From: Phoronis australis
Lineage: Eukaryota > Animalia > Phoronida
DNA length: 64,000 nt
NCBI GenBank assembly: GCA_002633005.1
Contig: NMRA01000439.1
Span: forward strand, 310,001-374,000
Reading direction: 5' to 3'
The translations under genes and the position numbers were made by a program. Below the pieces are notes generated by a model that saw only the letters and a list, made by a program, of their open reading frames with translations, made no database searches and was not told where the DNA came from. Positions within the stretch are counted from its first letter, which is position 1; every line of letters begins with the position of its first letter. Shown here in pieces: positions 60,473 to 64,000 of the stretch.

Positions 60473-62311
60473 ATGGCAGCTATCGAGGACAGCGTAATTA
60501 GTTTGCCTGAACACCAGGAAAAATGTTGGGTGTGTTACGAATACTTCCGGGATTCTTTTCCGGTTTTACACGTATATTGCGAGAAATGCATTGGTATGGG
60601 AGGAAAGCACATGCCCTCCAGGAACCGGTTGTTTGTATGTCCTATTTGCCGCACGTGCATGGAGATTCCACAAATAAAAGATAACGAGCGTGTAGCGAAT
60701 AAATCGCGTGAGGTGAATACGACGTCACGAAAGTGCGGAGAGTCATTGTGTTTGTCGTGTTCTGAGGCTTGTGCCGGCGAATTATGGTCGAGCGACGACT
60801 ATCAGCTTAGCTTGGAGGAAATGATTTCCTTAAGTTGGAGTGACAAGAGCTTTAAGACGGAAAGCGATGATGAAAAATCACTATTTGTGACTAATAGTGG
60901 GCACGGAGGTGGTATAGAAGATTTGAAGGTGTGCTGCGAGAAATGTGGCGCCATCTTGTGCATGGTCAACAATAACAACCAGTTGGTGGGATCGTCCATG
61001 CGACCAGAAGATAAAGTAACGTGTCTCGTGTCGAAACTAGACCACAAAATGGATGAACTGGACAAGGTGGTTGCCAATGGAAAAGATGTTTTAAATCACG
61101 TGGAAAGCGACGTAAAACATGTACGTAACAAGATCGCAAAATGGTTCGAAGAAAAGAAGAACTCACTTCTTAGCAAACTCGACGCGGAACGGGAGCATGC
61201 TATCGCACAGATAGAATCCGAGCTTGAAGACGCTTCATTGAAACGTACTACATTTAACAATACCTTGCGATGTGTTCAGAGCACTTTGGATATTCCAGAT
61301 GAATCGCGACGAATGATCGAATGCCAGAGTCTGATACCTATGTTGTTAGAACTCAACCACCAGGTGGCCATAATTCACACGCACACGCCTGTGTTCGCGT
61401 TCACACGAGGTGGTTCACCGAACGTCAAAGTTGGTATAAACGTGAAACTCGAAAGTTCACTGGAAACCCGCATCCTCGGAGTGAAAGAACCTCGCGTTCT
61501 TTGCGAGGCTGTGCGCACTAAAACTTTTAACACTGTGCAAAGCAATTGTCAAGCCAAAGGTTCGTGTTGGGGGATCACAGTGAACCAGGCTATGTATCTG
61601 ACCACAGATTGGAAAGCGGAACTTGTCAAAGTGTTTTCGCTTGACGGTGTATTCCAACAGACTTTGAAAGACGGAAACTACGCGTTAAAATGTCCTGTAG
61701 ATGTCGCCACTGACCCAAACACGGACGAAACGGTGGTATCCGACGACGACATTAAAGGTGTTGTCATCTATGACAAAAACTTGAAGCAGAAGAAGGTTTT
61801 GAAAAATGTCTACAAAGGTTGGGGTAGCCTCGCTTTCGGTCGTGGACAAATAGTTGTAGCTGGAACGGGTCGCATCACAATCCTTGATAAGCAAGGCAGG
61901 GTTGTAAATGTGATCAATCATACTGTATTGGGTCTGGACGAATTTAATCCACTACACGTGGCCGTTGACAAAGATGGAAATATCCTAACAACCGATCGGA
62001 TACAACGCTGTGTGTTCAAGTTGAACTACAAGGGAGATGAGATCATTTATAAGTACCCACCCAACGACAACACCAGCTTCGAGAATCCACGTGGCGTGTG
62101 TGTCGACGAATGGGGACACGTCATTGTCGTCGATGGAGAAAGTTCCGCGCTTATACACGTCATTTCTGCTTCCGGATCTCATCATTTTACCTTGCCGACG
62201 TGTGGGGGTAGTTTGACCAACCCGCGCGGAATAGTGTATTGTGGAAACGGCGAGGTATCCGTGCTCCAAATCTTGGGAACTGTCAATGTTTACAAGTATA
62301 TGGACTTATAA
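60473..62311 (+). CDS. TRIM-NHL-like protein (degenerate RING, B-box remnants, coiled coil, NHL beta-propeller)
   Basis: 612-aa ORF: CxxC..HxYCxxC..CPIC RING-like N-terminus, heptad-rich segment (LDHKMDELDK..IAQIESELE), NHL repeats (CPVDVATD, NPLHVAVDKDGNILTTD, NPRGVCVDEWGHVIVVD, NPRGIVYCGNG). A splice acceptor TTGTTTTAG| lies 6 nt before the ATG. Confidence 0.9.
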   Translation: MAAIEDSVISLPEHQEKCWVCYEYFRDSFPVLHVYCEKCIGMGGKHMPSRNRLFVCPICRTCMEIPQIKDNERVANKSREVNTTSRKCGESLCLSCSEACAGELWSSDDYQLSLEEMISLSWSDKSFKTESDDEKSLFVTNSGHGGGIEDLKVCCEKCGAILCMVNNNNQLVGSSMRPEDKVTCLVSKLDHKMDELDKVVANGKDVLNHVESDVKHVRNKIAKWFEEKKNSLLSKLDAEREHAIAQIESELEDASLKRTTFNNTLRCVQSTLDIPDESRRMIECQSLIPMLLELNHQVAIIHTHTPVFAFTRGGSPNVKVGINVKLESSLETRILGVKEPRVLCEAVRTKTFNTVQSNCQAKGSCWGITVNQAMYLTTDWKAELVKVFSLDGVFQQTLKDGNYALKCPVDVATDPNTDETVVSDDDIKGVVIYDKNLKQKKVLKNVYKGWGSLAFGRGQIVVAGTGRITILDKQGRVVNVINHTVLGLDEFNPLHVAVDKDGNILTTDRIQRCVFKLNYKGDEIIYKYPPNDNTSFENPRGVCVDEWGHVIVVDGESSALIHVISASGSHHFTLPTCGGSLTNPRGIVYCGNGEVSVLQILGTVNVYKYMDL

Positions 62312-62705
62312 GGTGACACATTTCGGGAATTCGTCGCCACATACGGAACGAGGTGGAAACTAGAATTACATCACGTGACTGCGACTCCACTCACTTCAAA
62401 AGCCACGGAGATTTTGAACAGCTGTGTGTCTGCTTCTTGCAATCGTTAGAAAAACAGCACGAGTTACTTTGCATCCTGGCTGCTAATTCAAATGACAGTC
62501 GTTTTAATCGAACCCTTGTTTTATTTATTTGGTGAAGTACCACTGATTTCTTACATCAGCCTTCCTATTGTATGTCAAAAGAACAAATAGTAAATAATGG
62601 TTACCGTCTCATATTTTGTATTCCTTCCTTTGTTTTATGTTGTATTCAAGTGTGTTTTACGGTAGACCTCAATGAAGCGTCTTTTGTCTTTGTGGATCTC
62701 CGGCT

Positions 62706-62783
62706 TACATGCATGGGTACGTACGTACATACATATATACATACATAAATACACACACATACATAAATACATGGATACATACG
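62706..62783. repeat. (TACA)n-type imperfect microsatellite downstream of TRIM-NHL
   Basis: TACATACATATATACATACATAAATACACACACATACATAAATAC. Confidence 0.85.
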
Positions 62784-64000
62784 TCCAAATCTTTCTCTCT
62801 CTCAGACTGTCACACACGTAAAGCAAGTGCACGAAAGTCTAAGTGAAGGCATTTACATTGATGTCAACTGAGAGGTTTCTGCCTGTCGTTCATCACCCTT
62901 ATACTGGACCACCCTTTCGTATTAGATGGTACAGTGACATAAAGGGTACACAATCAGCCACATTCCACGCATCTGGGAACTGGGAAGAGTTTCATAGACT
63001 TCATAGACGAAAGAATGCCATGAGGAAGCTGAATGTGATCACGTATTTTGCTTGTGATATATGTCGAAATTTTGCAAAGTACTGCGTGATCTTGCGTTTT
63101 CTCGAGATTCTCTTCCCTACGGAACGCACGACAGGTCACTGCACTTTGTAACACGTGTGAAAAGGAGCCTCTTGCTGCATGGGGGTGTATCCAATAAAAA
63201 TCAAGGACGTGTTTGTGTGTGCTCATTCTCAAAAGAATTATTTGTAGATCAACGTATTTTCCTATTCCGTATTTTTAAATCGATTAAAAATCGAATCTGC
63301 TATAAACCCCTGTCAGTCAAAACTTATACTACAGTGCATGGACCGCCAAGTATGTATGTTCTAAACAGACGTCATAATCTGTGATCGTATTCACTATTAG
63401 TCGAACAGTCACCATTCACTAGCGGCACCTGGGGTGAGTCACGGTTTTACTTCCGACAATTGAGTCGTCTACTAAGTAAACGGGAAGTGGAGCCTCTTCT
63501 GGGAATTCCATATGGAAATTTCTGACTTGTGAATCTGTTGTCGTGTTTTACTGGATTTAATTAACTCTGGTAAACAAACAGTATAAACAGAACAACGAAC
63601 ATGGATCATCTAATTATTGAATAAAATTGCTATACAGTTAGAATATCCTGACAGTTAAACTTGCGAAAATATGGAAAATAAATTTAGACGCGACTTTGCT
63701 ACGCCGCGGGCGGCTGACTGCCAAGAAAATACCATTTGGTGGCGAAATAACTTCAAATAGAAAACTTGCCATGGTGCCAAATGGTATAATATAAGTATTA
63801 ATGAGTTTAAAGTAAACGGAATAATTCCCACTTGGCCAGAAACATTCATATACGCTTCTAGCCGGCGGAGCCGCACCGCCTGGCCTGCCGTGCGCGGGTG
63901 CGCGGAATCTCTTCTCCTGTAATATAATGAGGCTATGCCCTCCACGTGCATGCAAACATATCTTGGTCTTTAGCAGAACTTATCACAGGTGTTGTGCAAG

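Noticed and set aside
60802-62269. Antisense and alternate-frame ORFs over TRIM-NHL (and similar ones over GT31 and MFS)
   Set aside because: Shadow ORFs of real coding sequence.
11656-62311. Transporter + glycosyltransferase + TRIM-NHL as a functional gene cluster
   Set aside because: The genes are 6-35 kb apart, on mixed strands and from commonly expanded animal families; nothing in the sequence links them. Conserved synteny or co-expression would be needed.

Overview
This is eukaryotic genomic DNA, not prokaryotic: it is AT-rich, has GT-AG introns and is dense in transposons. The gene and element content suggests an invertebrate animal, but that is an inference. Three host protein-coding genes are supported. 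(1) A 4-exon MFS transporter of the MFSD4/NaGLT1 family (+, 11656-18029, 477 aa when spliced by hand; the ORF track shows only part of it). (2) A single-coding-exon GT31 beta-1,3-glycosyltransferase with brainiac-like motifs (-, 24642-25865). (3) A single-coding-exon TRIM-NHL protein with a degenerate RING (+, 60473-62311). The rest is mostly transposon debris: Penelope-like elements with minimal hammerhead-ribozyme cores, an RTEX/L2-type LINE remnant, a ~4-kb Merlin (IS1595-type) transposon with ~260-bp TIRs, a Helentron-associated (HINE/DINE-1-like) element, Kolobok-like and Harbinger-like MITEs, CA..TG MITEs with exact 5-bp TSDs, several foldback palindromes and a tRNA-like Pol III module. 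Several local duplications abut single N bases and may be unmerged haplotypes. I found no convincing new multi-gene system. The best leads are the clustered hammerhead motifs, the multibranched palindromes, the 5-bp-TSD MITEs and the RING-degenerate TRIM-NHL.
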